NCBI GenBank assembly: GCA_027319565.1
Contig: DAHVNA010000005.1
Span: forward strand, 548 to 64,547
Direction of reading: 5' to 3'
DNA length: 64,000 bases
Source: Elusimicrobiota bacterium
GTDB taxonomy: Bacteria; Elusimicrobiota; Elusimicrobia; UBA1565; UBA9628
The translations under genes were made by a program, and so were the position numbers. The notes beneath the pieces were generated by a model. That model did not search any database. It saw only the letters and a program-made list of their open reading frames with translations, and was not told where the DNA came from. Position 1 is the stretch's first letter, and every line of letters begins with the position of its first letter. This document shows positions 49,948-59,798 of the stretch, one piece after another.

Positions 49948-50804
49948 CTCCGGCAAGTTCGCCCGCAGAAACGCTTCCTCAATCCGAAAAAAACTCGAAT
50001 TTCTTTTTAGGTTTTCTTTTTTTATCTCCCGTTCAGCGGCAGGCCTTGTCCGCGGTCTACGCCTATTGCCGCCTCATCGATGATTTAGTCGACGACACCC
50101 AAAAAACCGAAAAAGAGGCGCGGGCAGGGCTCGATTTTTGGCGAAATGAAATAGAGAAAATTTTTGCGGGCCAGGGAAGCCACCCGGTGTCCTTAGAAAT
50201 CGAAAAGGCGCTTAAACATTTTCCCCTCCCCAAGGAGGCTTTTTTTGAAATGATCCGGGGATGTGAAATGGATCTCAATAAAACCCATTATCAAACTTTT
50301 TCCGATTTAGAACCTTATCTGAAGGGCGTCGCGGTTTCAGTGGGACAGCTTTCGGTTGAGATTTTCGGCTACCAGCACACGGCCCAGGATAAAATGAAGG
50401 AGTTCGTAGGTTCTTTCGGTTACGCCTTTCAGATGACAAACATTTTAAGAGATGTCGGAGACGATCTCAGCCTCGGACGCATCTACATTCCCGAAAGCGA
50501 AATGGAAAAAGCGGGATATAGTCGCGCTGAACTCTTAAAAAGAGAACACAATTTGGCTTTTGAACGACTCATGCAAGGACTCTGGCAAAAAACCAAGGGA
50601 TTTTACAGGCAGGGAAGAGCCGCCCTCGACTTTAGAGATCGCCCTGCGCTCCTTCCGGCCGAGATTATGGCCCATGTCTATGAAGGCATTTTAGACGAGA
50701 TCCAAAGAAAGGATTTCCGAGTATTCTTCTCAAAAACAACTCTCTCTCCGTTCAAAAAACTCAGATTGGCGTTCAAGGCCTGGCTCTATTGTCATGGATT
50801 TTGA
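49944..50804 (+). CDS. hpnD: Presqualene diphosphate synthase HpnD
   Basis: SNFFLGF, YAYCRLIDDLVD, QMTNILRDV.DD, GRIYIP. Confidence 0.9.
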   Translation: MTPASSPAETLPQSEKNSNFFLGFLFLSPVQRQALSAVYAYCRLIDDLVDDTQKTEKEARAGLDFWRNEIEKIFAGQGSHPVSLEIEKALKHFPLPKEAFFEMIRGCEMDLNKTHYQTFSDLEPYLKGVAVSVGQLSVEIFGYQHTAQDKMKEFVGSFGYAFQMTNILRDVGDDLSLGRIYIPESEMEKAGYSRAELLKREHNLAFERLMQGLWQKTKGFYRQGRAALDFRDRPALLPAEIMAHVYEGILDEIQRKDFRVFFSKTTLSPFKKLRLAFKAWLYCHGF

Positions 50805-52128
50805 CGTTCTAGTCATCGGTGGCGGCTTTGCCGGCCTTTCCGCCGCGACGATCTTATCCGAGCAAGGCAAAAAAGTTTTGCTCCTTGAAAAAAAACCTCA
50901 CCTCGGGGGAAGGGCTTATTCTTTTATTGATTCCAAGACCGGACACGAAATCGACAACGGACAACACTTGTTTATCGGGGCTTATGCCGAAACCAGAAAA
51001 TTTATCGGCCGCATCGGTTCAAGCCCGCTTTTACGCTTTGAGGAGAAGCTCAATCTTCATTTTAAAGACTCTTCCGGCCAAAGCGCGCGCCTGTCGGCGC
51101 CTTCCCTATTTCCCGCCCCGCTTGATTTCGCCTGGGGAGTGTTTAATCTCAAAGGCCTTTCTCTTAAAGAAAAAATATCGGCGGGAAAGGTCTTTCGCGA
51201 AATAAAAAAATTTAGAACGGAGAGTGATTACTCCGGGAAAATTGAGCGCCTCAGCGTCCGTCAATGGCTTAACTCTCTAGGACAAAGCTCGTCCATTCAA
51301 AAAAGATTATGGGAACCTCTCGCGATTGGCATTCTCAATGAAAACGCCCAGACGGCCTCGGCCCTAGGCCTCATCCAGGCCTTGGAAAAAATCTTAAGCG
51401 GAACCCCCAAAAATGCTTCCAGACTCGGATACTCCCAGGTTGGATTAAGTTCGCTTTACGTCCAACAAGCGGAAGCTTATATTCAGAAACGTCAGGGATC
51501 GGTTCTCTATTCTTCAAAGATTAGTTCGATTCTCTATCAAGAAGGACGCGCCTGCGGGGTCACTTGCGATGACGGACGCACGTTTAACGCGCGCCATGTT
51601 TTACTGACGCTTCCTCCTTGGGACCTCAAGCGCCTCAACGTTCCCGATTGGCTCAAAACCGGGCTTGAGTCGTTTTCGACCTCCCCGATTATCGGACTTT
51701 CCTTGTGGTTGGACAGGCCGATTACCCCCAATCAAACCACCGGGCTCATCGACACCCAATTTCATTGGGCGTTTAATAAAAACCGCATTTGGAATCTTCC
51801 CGGCAAAACCCAATATCTGGCCTTGGTCATTAGCGCCGCCCATGCTGAACTTAAAAAAGAGCCTCAAGAAATTCTTGAGATCGCAAAAAAAGAACTTGCG
51901 GTTTTTCCTGAATTTAAAAAAGCTAAAATTATCCATTGGAGGCTGATCAAGGAGCCTTTCGCGACGCCTTCTCCAAAGCCCGGCCTGGAAGAAATGCGGC
52001 CGTTTCCTGGAGAGGTTTCGCCCGGGCTCATTCTCGCTGGGGACTGGACTCGAACAGGCCTTCCGGCCACCATTGAGAGCGCGGTTTTAAGCGGACATAG
52101 GGCCGCAGAAATCGTCTTAAAAGCGTAA
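50794..52128 (+). CDS. hpnE: Hydroxysqualene dehydroxylase HpnE
   Basis: GGGFAGL FAD motif, DNGQH, AGDWTRTGLPATIESAV.SG. Confidence 0.92.
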   Translation: MDFDVLVIGGGFAGLSAATILSEQGKKVLLLEKKPHLGGRAYSFIDSKTGHEIDNGQHLFIGAYAETRKFIGRIGSSPLLRFEEKLNLHFKDSSGQSARLSAPSLFPAPLDFAWGVFNLKGLSLKEKISAGKVFREIKKFRTESDYSGKIERLSVRQWLNSLGQSSSIQKRLWEPLAIGILNENAQTASALGLIQALEKILSGTPKNASRLGYSQVGLSSLYVQQAEAYIQKRQGSVLYSSKISSILYQEGRACGVTCDDGRTFNARHVLLTLPPWDLKRLNVPDWLKTGLESFSTSPIIGLSLWLDRPITPNQTTGLIDTQFHWAFNKNRIWNLPGKTQYLALVISAAHAELKKEPQEILEIAKKELAVFPEFKKAKIIHWRLIKEPFATPSPKPGLEEMRPFPGEVSPGLILAGDWTRTGLPATIESAVLSGHRAAEIVLKA

Positions 52129-52130
52129 AG

Positions 52131-52236
52131 GTAACTGTTCAGGTTCGTCATTCCGGCGAACGCCGGAATCCAGTGGTAAGCTTTCTGAGAGTCTGGACTC
52201 CGGCTTACGGATTGCCGGAGTGACGCGAGTAGTTAC
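52131..52236. repeat. REP/MITE-like nested palindromic intergenic element
   Basis: GTAACT...AGTTAC ends; CGTCATTCCGGCGAACGCCGGAATCCAG (52146-52173) is inverted against CTGGACTCCGGC...GCCGGAGTGACG (52193-52225). Confidence 0.75.
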
Positions 52237-52259
52237 GCATATACTCATAAAGGAGAACA

Positions 52260-52829
52260 TTGCAAATGCTGAAATCCGATCGCTGGATTAGAAAGATGTG
52301 CCTTGAGACCAAAATGATTGAGCCTTTTATCGACAGACAAGAAGGAGAAGGCAAAATCTCTTTTGGCCTTTCATCCTATGGATACGATATCCGCTTGGCC
52401 GATGAATATAAGATTTTCACCAATGTCTTTGGCGCCGTCGTCGACCCAAAAAACTTCGATCCGAAATCCTTTGTCGATTACAAAGGTCCGGACTGCATCG
52501 TTCCGCCCAATTCTTTTGCCTTGGCGCGTTCGGTTGAGCGCTTTAAAATTCCCAGAAACGTCTTGGCCATCTGCCTTGGGAAAAGCACTTTTGCCCGCTG
52601 CGGTATCATCGTCAATGTCACTCCTCTTGAGCCAACCTGGGAGGGATATTTAACCATTGAAATCTCAAACACCACTCCGCTTCCGGCCAAGGTCTATTCC
52701 GGCGAGGGAATCGCCCAGCTTTTGTTCTTAGAATCAGACGAGGTTTGCGAAACCAGCTATGCCGACAGAAAAGGCAAATATCAATCCCAGACGGGCGTGG
52801 TGGTCCCAAGGATTCTCTCAAAAGCCTAA
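52260..52829 (+). CDS. dcd: dCTP deaminase
   Basis: [35 protein letters not shown]. Confidence 0.96.
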   Translation: MQMLKSDRWIRKMCLETKMIEPFIDRQEGEGKISFGLSSYGYDIRLADEYKIFTNVFGAVVDPKNFDPKSFVDYKGPDCIVPPNSFALARSVERFKIPRNVLAICLGKSTFARCGIIVNVTPLEPTWEGYLTIEISNTTPLPAKVYSGEGIAQLLFLESDEVCETSYADRKGKYQSQTGVVVPRILSKA

Positions 52830-53406
52830 TCGGACTTTAAACGCCCTTCTCATTAGTTTTTTTCTAATCCCACGGGGATTATTTTTTCCCCGTCGCTTAG
52901 CTTTCGCGGCGCCGCCATCCAACAATCAAGCCGCAAGCTCCAGCGCCATTGAAGAATTAAAAAAAAGACAAATTATAGCCCCCGACGCCGAGGATTACAC
53001 GGAAGAAGATTTGCAGACGCTCGTGCGAATGAAAAAGGCGGAATCTCTCGGGGCGATAGATTTTTTATCCCGTAAACTCGGCGATATTAAGGCTTTTACT
53101 TTTGAGGAGCGGGGAAAAAGCGATTCTCCGCTTAAACTCAACAACGCGGGTTTTAAAAAATACCTCTTTTTTCTTTCTCAAAAAGCCATCGCTTATTTTG
53201 CCTTGCATCATACAGCGCCCAAACGAGTCTTTAGCCTCACCGACACCCAGGGCCGGAAAATTTTCGATAAAGACGGGCTTTTAACTCTTCCCGGAGAGAA
53301 TCTTTTCGATCAAATCCTCGAAAAACGCCACGTTGAGTGGGAGCTTTCCGGCAAAATCATGGCCAATTACAAGCTCAAAAAAAGTTCTTTATCCGCCTCC
53401 CCATGA
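52759..53406 (+). CDS. Hypothetical exported protein (start uncertain)
   Basis: Long ORF filling the gap between dcd and the next gene; hydrophobic segment ending AFA-A. Confidence 0.55.
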   Translation: MPTEKANINPRRAWWSQGFSQKPNRTLNALLISFFLIPRGLFFPRRLAFAAPPSNNQAASSSAIEELKKRQIIAPDAEDYTEEDLQTLVRMKKAESLGAIDFLSRKLGDIKAFTFEERGKSDSPLKLNNAGFKKYLFFLSQKAIAYFALHHTAPKRVFSLTDTQGRKIFDKDGLLTLPGENLFDQILEKRHVEWELSGKIMANYKLKKSSLSASP

Positions 53407-54098
53407 TTCGAGAAGAAGTCGTTTTTTATTTAAAGTCCAACCTTGGGAAATTTCCATTATCGGAACTCAAGGCGCAACTATTATCGGAAGGCGTTTCAGA
53501 AGAAGAAATCAAAAGCGCCCTCAAAGCGGCCAAACGCGCCCAAAGCCGAGAGCGCTTCGGGCGTTTCCTAATGATTCTAGGAGGAGTCGCCTTATTTTCT
53601 TCCCTTGTTTTTATTTTTCTTAGGCCGACAAGGCCGCCCTTGGGAGTTCCAGTGACCAGTCCCGTTTTCATCAGCCATTTTGGCTATACCCTTCATATTC
53701 CTGATGGATATGAAGCGATCATCGACAAAAAAACAAGAAGGCGGGAAACCGTTTTTTTCTGCCAAAAAGGGACCGACCCCAGCACCTTTTTAGACCAAAG
53801 CCTTTATGGGGAATTGGGAATCCTGCGGCTGAAGGTCTTACCCAATCCCTTTCCCAACGACCTGTCGGCTTTTAATAAGCTCAGCCGCATCATCGAATCC
53901 AAAGCTAGAACCAACGGCTCGCCCTTTCATTTAGAACCCCTCAGCATCTCCGGTATGCCGGGTTTAGAAGTAATCTTTGACGCTCCCGCCTCTAAAACCC
54001 TGACCTATGTTCTCGGAGCCAAAAATCTTTATATTTTTCTCACCGGCCCCAGTAATCCCAACGCGCCTATCATCATCAAAAGCTTGCGGGAAATCTAA
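53403..54098 (+). CDS. Single-pass membrane hypothetical protein
   Basis: ATG overlaps the upstream stop; short helical N-domain, one TM, extracytoplasmic domain. Confidence 0.65.
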   Translation: MIREEVVFYLKSNLGKFPLSELKAQLLSEGVSEEEIKSALKAAKRAQSRERFGRFLMILGGVALFSSLVFIFLRPTRPPLGVPVTSPVFISHFGYTLHIPDGYEAIIDKKTRRRETVFFCQKGTDPSTFLDQSLYGELGILRLKVLPNPFPNDLSAFNKLSRIIESKARTNGSPFHLEPLSISGMPGLEVIFDAPASKTLTYVLGAKNLYIFLTGPSNPNAPIIIKSLREI

Positions 54099-54162
54099 AA
54101 CCCCGCAAATTGGGCCGAACTTTCGAGACCTTAACTGCGTAATAAAAAGAGAGCGTCTTTAA

Positions 54163-55515
54163 TTGGCCATGACAAGAATGTCCTTTATTTTCTTATCGGG
54201 AACTTGCGTTTGCCTCTCAACGCCGACAAATCTAAAAGCTACATCGTTTCCTCATCTCAGCAATCCCGCTCCGATCTTAACCCCAAACTCAAGCGCCAAC
54301 GACCCAGTCGCAAAAACTGAAAAGACAAAAATCTGGCCTCACACGGCGGTTTTGCGCGCCCTCTCAAACTGCTGGAAACCCGCCTGCTGGCCCTGGAAGA
54401 GTTCGGATTCGGAAATAAAAGCGGAGAAAGAGACCGTCAAAAAATACCCCCTTCCTATCCCTAAGACAAAACCGGCGCAGCAAAAAAAAATGCAAGTTCT
54501 ACTGAAAAATCTAAGCTCTAAATATCCCAAGGATATCCTCAACTCTTTGACGCAAGAAAATTCTTCTCCGACAGCAAGAATCAAGATTCTCAAGCATTTT
54601 GACAAAGAACAAGTCCGCTTGATTCATAAATACTGGCCCCACTGGGAAGATCCCGCGGCTCAAAATTCCACCACTCCAATCACTGTTGGCGGAGGCAGCG
54701 GAAGAACATCCAACGGGAAGGATAAAAACAAGAAGAACGGAATTTCAAATGGGATAGGCACGAACTCAGGTGGTGGCGGCGGGGGTTCTTCTAGCGGAGG
54801 CTCGGGGTCTTCCAGTCAGCCTAGTTCGCCCAACTTAAATCAATCTCCCACAAATTCCAATTCCAAAACGGCTTCTCTCCCAACCTCGATTAAACCTTTC
54901 CCCAAAGCGATTTCAAAACTTAAAAAAGCGCCCGCGCCCAAAATTAAAAACCCTTCCCAAAAAATAAAACATACTCCCACTGTCGTTCAAGCGGCGAAAA
55001 AACCGGCCGTGCCGGGGCCCGTCAATACAAAACCTTCGCTTCTTAATCCAAAAACCGGCGCTCCCATAAATTCTCATCTTCAAAAGCCTATTCCAGCATC
55101 AAAAGCCGACAAAAAATCTTCTAGCACTCAAATTTCAAAGAAGACACCCGCCCTCGCTCCAGGCTTTCTCCCTTTAAAAAACAATCCCTCTTCCGGAGCG
55201 GAAAAAAATGCGGCTTCAGGCTTAGGACTGGCAGATGAAAGCGCGAAAGCTCCATCCAAGAGCCTAAAAGCTTCAAAAGCCAAAGGCCCGTTTCCCCTCG
55301 CACCAAAGGCATCTCGAGCAGAAAAAGAGTCGGCGGTCCCGCCGCCCAATCCACCATCCCCGCAAAACCGTCCGGAAAAAGTCCAGCCTGAGAGCCGTCC
55401 CTTGCCCCTTGATTCCATAAGTCCGCGCCCTAAAACCTCTAACCCCTCTGTTTTTTTACTCTCCGCTTCTCTAGGCGCGCTCGCCATTTTAATTTTCATC
55501 CTTTGGATGATTTAA
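54163..55515 (+). CDS. Low-complexity Pro/Lys/Ser-rich surface protein with C-terminal TM anchor
   Basis: Gly/Ser linker GGGGGGSSSGGSGSSS, long PK-rich tract, hydrophobic C-terminus. Confidence 0.65.
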   Translation: MAMTRMSFIFLSGTCVCLSTPTNLKATSFPHLSNPAPILTPNSSANDPVAKTEKTKIWPHTAVLRALSNCWKPACWPWKSSDSEIKAEKETVKKYPLPIPKTKPAQQKKMQVLLKNLSSKYPKDILNSLTQENSSPTARIKILKHFDKEQVRLIHKYWPHWEDPAAQNSTTPITVGGGSGRTSNGKDKNKKNGISNGIGTNSGGGGGGSSSGGSGSSSQPSSPNLNQSPTNSNSKTASLPTSIKPFPKAISKLKKAPAPKIKNPSQKIKHTPTVVQAAKKPAVPGPVNTKPSLLNPKTGAPINSHLQKPIPASKADKKSSSTQISKKTPALAPGFLPLKNNPSSGAEKNAASGLGLADESAKAPSKSLKASKAKGPFPLAPKASRAEKESAVPPPNPPSPQNRPEKVQPESRPLPLDSISPRPKTSNPSVFLLSASLGALAILIFILWMI

Positions 55516-55544
55516 GTCTGGCTGTCCAAGAAACAATTTAGGAC

Positions 55545-55573
55545 TTGAAAATTCCCTGTTTGGGGGTTATAAA
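55545..55573 (+). promoter_or_regulatory. Sigma70 promoter, probably giving a leaderless transcript of the Tad-like genes
   Basis: TTGAAA-17-TATAAA, with ATG 5 nt downstream and no SD. Confidence 0.55.
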
Positions 55574-55578
55574 AGGGT

Positions 55579-56721
55579 ATGCGGCTCTCAAGGGGACAAA
55601 TTCTGATACCGGCTCTTTTAATGTTTCCGACCTTGATGCTTTTTGTCTATTTAATTTATGAGACCGCGAAACTCTCCCGTGAAAAAATTCGCCATCAATT
55701 CGCCATTGATTCCGCCGCTTTTGTCGAAATGACCAACTATTCGGACTTTATCAACCGCACCGCCTATGTCAACGGAGCGTTTCCGATGCGCATTTTCTAT
55801 GAAGGGTTTCATTCGACCCAATTAACCAACATGGGGAAAAGTAATTGCGATGCCGCAGTCAATCAATACGCAACCGGAGGCTCGTTAGCTCTCGATGATC
55901 TTCTCTATGCGGAAGGCGCCTTTCCCCGAGATCCCAATTACGCCTATAGTGATTCCGAAGCCCCGGGATCCGCCTCATGGAAAATTGCCTATGACCCTGC
56001 CTCTGTCCGCGGCCCCAACCTCAATACTCCCACCCCGACAAACTTTGATTCCTCCAACGCACACACTGATCAGTCTGGAAAAAACTGCGGGCAAACCCCA
56101 TGTCTGACCCTCATTAGCGAACAAACCGCCAATTGTTGGAATATCAATTGGCAGGACGCGACCGAGGTTATGAATCTCTATGTCCAGATCTATCAGCTCT
56201 TGGGTTCGGTTGAATCCGCCCAATTTTCGGTTTTGCAAAGACTGGCGACAGGACATCAATTTTTCACCAAATCTTATTGGCTTAACCTCGGCACGCAAGA
56301 AGCCCTCAGCGAAGCCCAGGGGGTCTCTTTTCCTCCGGTCAATTTTATGAGCGGCATCCAAATGCACTGCGTGCCCGCTCTTTTTTACTACGCCAATAAG
56401 CTGACGCCAGGAAATCCGTATCAGCCTTATGGAATATTCAACAACACTCCCGGAACCGCTATGACCAGCTCTATTAGCGGATGCGACGGGCTTTTTCAAT
56501 TGGCCACCGTCAACCCCAGCATGATCCAATCAGCGGAACAAGGAAGCCCTTACCCCGGCTGGCAAGCCTCGATTACCTGGACGCCTCCCCAGAATTCTTT
56601 TAACATCCCTCTGGGAACGGCCAAGGTTCACGCCACCGCCTCTTTATGGCCCGGCGCGAACGACGAGGCCTCTGTCTGGCCCGACCCCACACCCCATTTT
56701 CAAACGAGGCTTTATCCTTAA
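55579..56721 (+). CDS. TadG-like pilus assembly protein / minor pilin
   Basis: RG|QILIPALL hydrophobic N-terminus, 'KIRHQFAIDSAA' Tad-domain pattern; Cys-containing periplasmic domain. Confidence 0.7.
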   Translation: MRLSRGQILIPALLMFPTLMLFVYLIYETAKLSREKIRHQFAIDSAAFVEMTNYSDFINRTAYVNGAFPMRIFYEGFHSTQLTNMGKSNCDAAVNQYATGGSLALDDLLYAEGAFPRDPNYAYSDSEAPGSASWKIAYDPASVRGPNLNTPTPTNFDSSNAHTDQSGKNCGQTPCLTLISEQTANCWNINWQDATEVMNLYVQIYQLLGSVESAQFSVLQRLATGHQFFTKSYWLNLGTQEALSEAQGVSFPPVNFMSGIQMHCVPALFYYANKLTPGNPYQPYGIFNNTPGTAMTSSISGCDGLFQLATVNPSMIQSAEQGSPYPGWQASITWTPPQNSFNIPLGTAKVHATASLWPGANDEASVWPDPTPHFQTRLYP

Positions 56722-56885
56722 CGGCAAGTAACGAGAAGCAAAAGAAAGAAACGGAAGGCAACGGAAAGAAATGGAAAGTAACGGAAAGAAAAAGAAAGAA
56801 CCAGAAAGCAACGGCAAGTATTCGCAGTTTTCCCTTGCTTTCCGTTGCCTTCCGTTACCTTCTGTGTCTCTCCGTTTCTTCCGTT
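56721..56885. repeat. Inverted array of 10-nt repeats (consensus ACGGAAAGNA)
   Basis: Ten in-phase decamers at 56721-56820, a short spacer, then about five reverse-complement decamers (tgctttccgt, tgccttccgt, taccttctgt...). Confidence 0.85.
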
Positions 56886-57349
56886 CTCACAAAGGTCAGG
56901 CCACGACCGAAACGGTTTTGCTGTTTCCGATATTTATGTTCTTTCTTTTTGTATTCGCCAAAATATTCGCGATGCTGATTTTAGTCCAAAAAATGGAAAT
57001 CGCATCCTACTACGGCGCCCGGCGTTGGCAGCTTGAATCCCACAGAAATGAAAGCGCCTATCCGGACAACGGACTTGAAGGCGATATTCAAAATAAAATC
57101 AGCTCTTATCTTGGATACGGAAGTCCAACTCAGAGCTTTTTAGGCCTGGCGCCGACCGGATCTAACGGCGGGGCTTCTTTTCAGTGTACGCCGACCGAGT
57201 TTTGGCAGGTTTGCACTCTCAAAGTTCAAACCAAACCCATTGACATCGCCTGGATGTATCAATCCCCAGGATATACTTTCGAGGTGACAAAATACGTGCC
57301 GCACCGCGATCGCCCAATCCCATTTGTCCTTCCAGGAATGGGACCTTGA
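56771..57349 (+). CDS. TadE-like minor pilin
   Basis: KG|QATTETVLLFPIFMFFLFVF prepilin-like motif, ASYYGARR. Confidence 0.75.
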   Translation: MESNGKKKKEPESNGKYSQFSLAFRCLPLPSVSLRFFRSHKGQATTETVLLFPIFMFFLFVFAKIFAMLILVQKMEIASYYGARRWQLESHRNESAYPDNGLEGDIQNKISSYLGYGSPTQSFLGLAPTGSNGGASFQCTPTEFWQVCTLKVQTKPIDIAWMYQSPGYTFEVTKYVPHRDRPIPFVLPGMGP

Positions 57350-57397
57350 GGTTATTTTAATGAGAGTCAGTATATTGATATATTCTAAGGAGTCTTT

Positions 57398-59203
57398 ATG
57401 ATCGCCTCTTATATTATTGAAGTCGCCGCCAGCATCGCGTTTTTATCCGTTTTGATGCTCCTCATCGGCCCGGGAAAGCGCGGGAGCCTCAAGGCTCGGA
57501 TTTGGCTTTTTTTCCAGCGCAATTGGCTGTGGTTTGCGATCGTCGCGGGAGTGATTATCTCCATTGTCATTCCGATTTGGTATATGGCCGGGATGGAAGA
57601 AAGCGTTCGCAAATACATCATTGGAATTAATATCGCTTCCCTGCCGTGGGGAATCATCCAAACCTTGGTCTTTGTCGGATTTCTCTATTTACTCCAATAT
57701 GGCGGCGGATTCGCCCAATTCAGGAAATCTCGGGTCAAAGAGGGCCATGTCAATGTCAGGTTTTCAGACGTCATCGGTCTCAATGAGGCCAAGAAAGACG
57801 CCTGGGAAATGGTCCAACTCATAAAAGACCGCGCGGCCTTAAAAAAAGTCGGCGGGAAAATTCTTCATGGGATGCTCATGGTCGGACCGCCGGGATGCGG
57901 GAAAACTCTTCTCGCAAAAGCCATCGCCACCGAAGCTGGCGTTCCTTTCTTATCGGCCTCGGGCTCGGAATTTGTCGAGGTCTTTGTAGGGGTCGGAGCC
58001 GCGCGCGTCAGAAAGCTTTTCAAACAAGCCCGGCAATTTTCAAAAGCCTACGGGGCTTGCATCATCTTTATCGATGAATTGGAGGTTCTGGGGCGTTCTC
58101 GTGTTTATTTTGACGCCTTTGGCGGAAACCAGGAAGGCAATCAAACCCTCAATCAGCTTTTAGTTGAAATGGACGGTCTCAATGACGATGGAAGTCCGAT
58201 TGTCGTCATCGGAGCCATGAACGCCCAAGAAGAAGTCTTGGACGCCGCTCTATTGCGCCCCGGACGGTTTGACCGCACGATAGCCATCGGACGCCCGAAT
58301 CTCCAGGAACGCACCGAGATTTTTGATTACTACGCGAAAAAAATTAATCTTGATCCCAATATTGATATCGCGCGTTTGGCGAGAAAAGCGGTTTATAAAA
58401 CTCCGGCGGAAATAGAAAATATCCTTAAGGAATCGGCCCTGATTGCGACTCGCGATCGCCGGGAAGTGATCACTTACAAAGATATTTCCTCCGCTATTGA
58501 AAGAATCGAACTCGGAGTCGCTCATCGCCTCAATATGACGCCCCACGAAAGGGAAATGACCGCGTTTCACGAAGCGGGACACCTTCTGATCCTCTATTTG
58601 ACGCACCCCACTAATGACGTCTTTAAAGCGTCCATTATCCAGCGCGGAGGAATCTTGGGAGTCGTCCATTCCATTCCCAGAGAAGAGCTCTTTAGCTCTG
58701 ACATGAATACGCTCAAAGCCCATATCAAGGTCGCCTTGGGCGGGTACATGGCGGAAAAACTCAGGTTCGGCGTCACGACCGACGGCGTGGCCTCCGATTT
58801 CGCAAACGCGACGACCATCGCCCACAACATGGTTTGGAGATATGGGATGGGCGAAAAGGGATTTGTCGGAGATTACACCCGCATCCCGAAAGAACAGCTT
58901 TCCGAGGCGCTCAAAGAACGCCTTAACGCCGCCACCCAAAGACTTCTCCAACAATCAACGGAAGAAGTCGAGATGACGTTAAAAACCGAATCGGTGATTC
59001 TGGAGCGTTTCGCGCAGGAGCTTCTCAAGCGCGACGAACTCGATTACGATGAAATCGTGGCCATTTTCCAGGAATACGGAAAGCCACCCAAGTCTCTTCC
59101 CTCTAATTCCGAGGTCTCACAGCCCAAAACAGAGCCGGTGCTTCCCGTCATCGCCACTCATGAGACCCCAAGTCCTAATGAATCTTTAAAGCCGTTAGAA
59201 TAA
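57398..59203 (+). CDS. ftsH: FtsH-family AAA metalloprotease with three N-terminal TM segments
   Basis: GPPGCGKT, EFVEVFVGVGA, IFIDELE, ALLRPGRFD, HEAGH. Confidence 0.88.
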   Translation: MIASYIIEVAASIAFLSVLMLLIGPGKRGSLKARIWLFFQRNWLWFAIVAGVIISIVIPIWYMAGMEESVRKYIIGINIASLPWGIIQTLVFVGFLYLLQYGGGFAQFRKSRVKEGHVNVRFSDVIGLNEAKKDAWEMVQLIKDRAALKKVGGKILHGMLMVGPPGCGKTLLAKAIATEAGVPFLSASGSEFVEVFVGVGAARVRKLFKQARQFSKAYGACIIFIDELEVLGRSRVYFDAFGGNQEGNQTLNQLLVEMDGLNDDGSPIVVIGAMNAQEEVLDAALLRPGRFDRTIAIGRPNLQERTEIFDYYAKKINLDPNIDIARLARKAVYKTPAEIENILKESALIATRDRREVITYKDISSAIERIELGVAHRLNMTPHEREMTAFHEAGHLLILYLTHPTNDVFKASIIQRGGILGVVHSIPREELFSSDMNTLKAHIKVALGGYMAEKLRFGVTTDGVASDFANATTIAHNMVWRYGMGEKGFVGDYTRIPKEQLSEALKERLNAATQRLLQQSTEEVEMTLKTESVILERFAQELLKRDELDYDEIVAIFQEYGKPPKSLPSNSEVSQPKTEPVLPVIATHETPSPNESLKPLE

Positions 59204-59786
59204 ACTGAACTCCGATCGCGGCCAGCATAAGACCCATTAAGCGCGTAATGATATTGAGGATCGTCGGCCCCAGACGTTTGGCTCCGGAACCCGAAAAAGT
59301 CAAAATCAAATAAGACAAGGCGGCAACCGCGGCTATGGTCAAATAGAGAATTCCGCGGGTGACCCAGCCGTGCGCGCGGTCAGACAAGACAATCGCGGTC
59401 GTAATCGCTCCCGGGCCGGCCAACATGGGAACGGCCAAGGGGGTAATGGCGATGTCTTCTTTCGCCATTCCCTCGCGGGTTTCTTCTTCGGTTTCTTGCA
59501 AGGGAGAGCGCTTGGCGCGAAGCATGTCCAGAGCGGAAAGAAGGACGATCAAGCCGCCCGCGACCTGAAAAGCGGGCAAGGTAACTCCAAAGAGGCTAAA
59601 AATTTGACTTCCTAAAAGAGCGAAGGCCGTTAAAATCAGCCAACAAACAATACAGGCCGTTTTAGCGGTGTGTCGGCGATCACGAGAATCTAACTTTTCC
59701 GTCATCGCCAAAAACGCCGGAATCGCGGCGAAAGGATCGACAATCGCAAATAGCGATCCGAAAGTTAAAAGAAAATATCCAAGCAT
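59175..59786 (-). CDS. marC: MarC family membrane protein
   Basis: LFAIVDPF, PLAVPMLAGPGAI, RLMGLMLAAIGVQ. Confidence 0.92.
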   Translation of the reverse strand: MLGYFLLTFGSLFAIVDPFAAIPAFLAMTEKLDSRDRRHTAKTACIVCWLILTAFALLGSQIFSLFGVTLPAFQVAGGLIVLLSALDMLRAKRSPLQETEEETREGMAKEDIAITPLAVPMLAGPGAITTAIVLSDRAHGWVTRGILYLTIAAVAALSYLILTFSGSGAKRLGPTILNIITRLMGLMLAAIGVQFILTALKIH

Positions 59787-59798
59787 TTCACGATTGTA

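Noticed and set aside
49063..52128. Carotenoid cluster crtB/crtI
   Set aside because: Two synthase paralogues with HYENF (HpnC) plus the GLPATIE oxidoreductase motif indicate hpnCDE
56721..56885. Possible CRISPR array
   Set aside because: Contiguous 10-nt units without spacers, inverted arrangement, no cas genes
58250..58954. Long antisense ORFs (also 60399-61199, 23972-24649, 15059-15622, 55975-56529, 6175-6726)
   Set aside because: They lie opposite well-supported genes and show no recognisable motifs; treated as shadow frames
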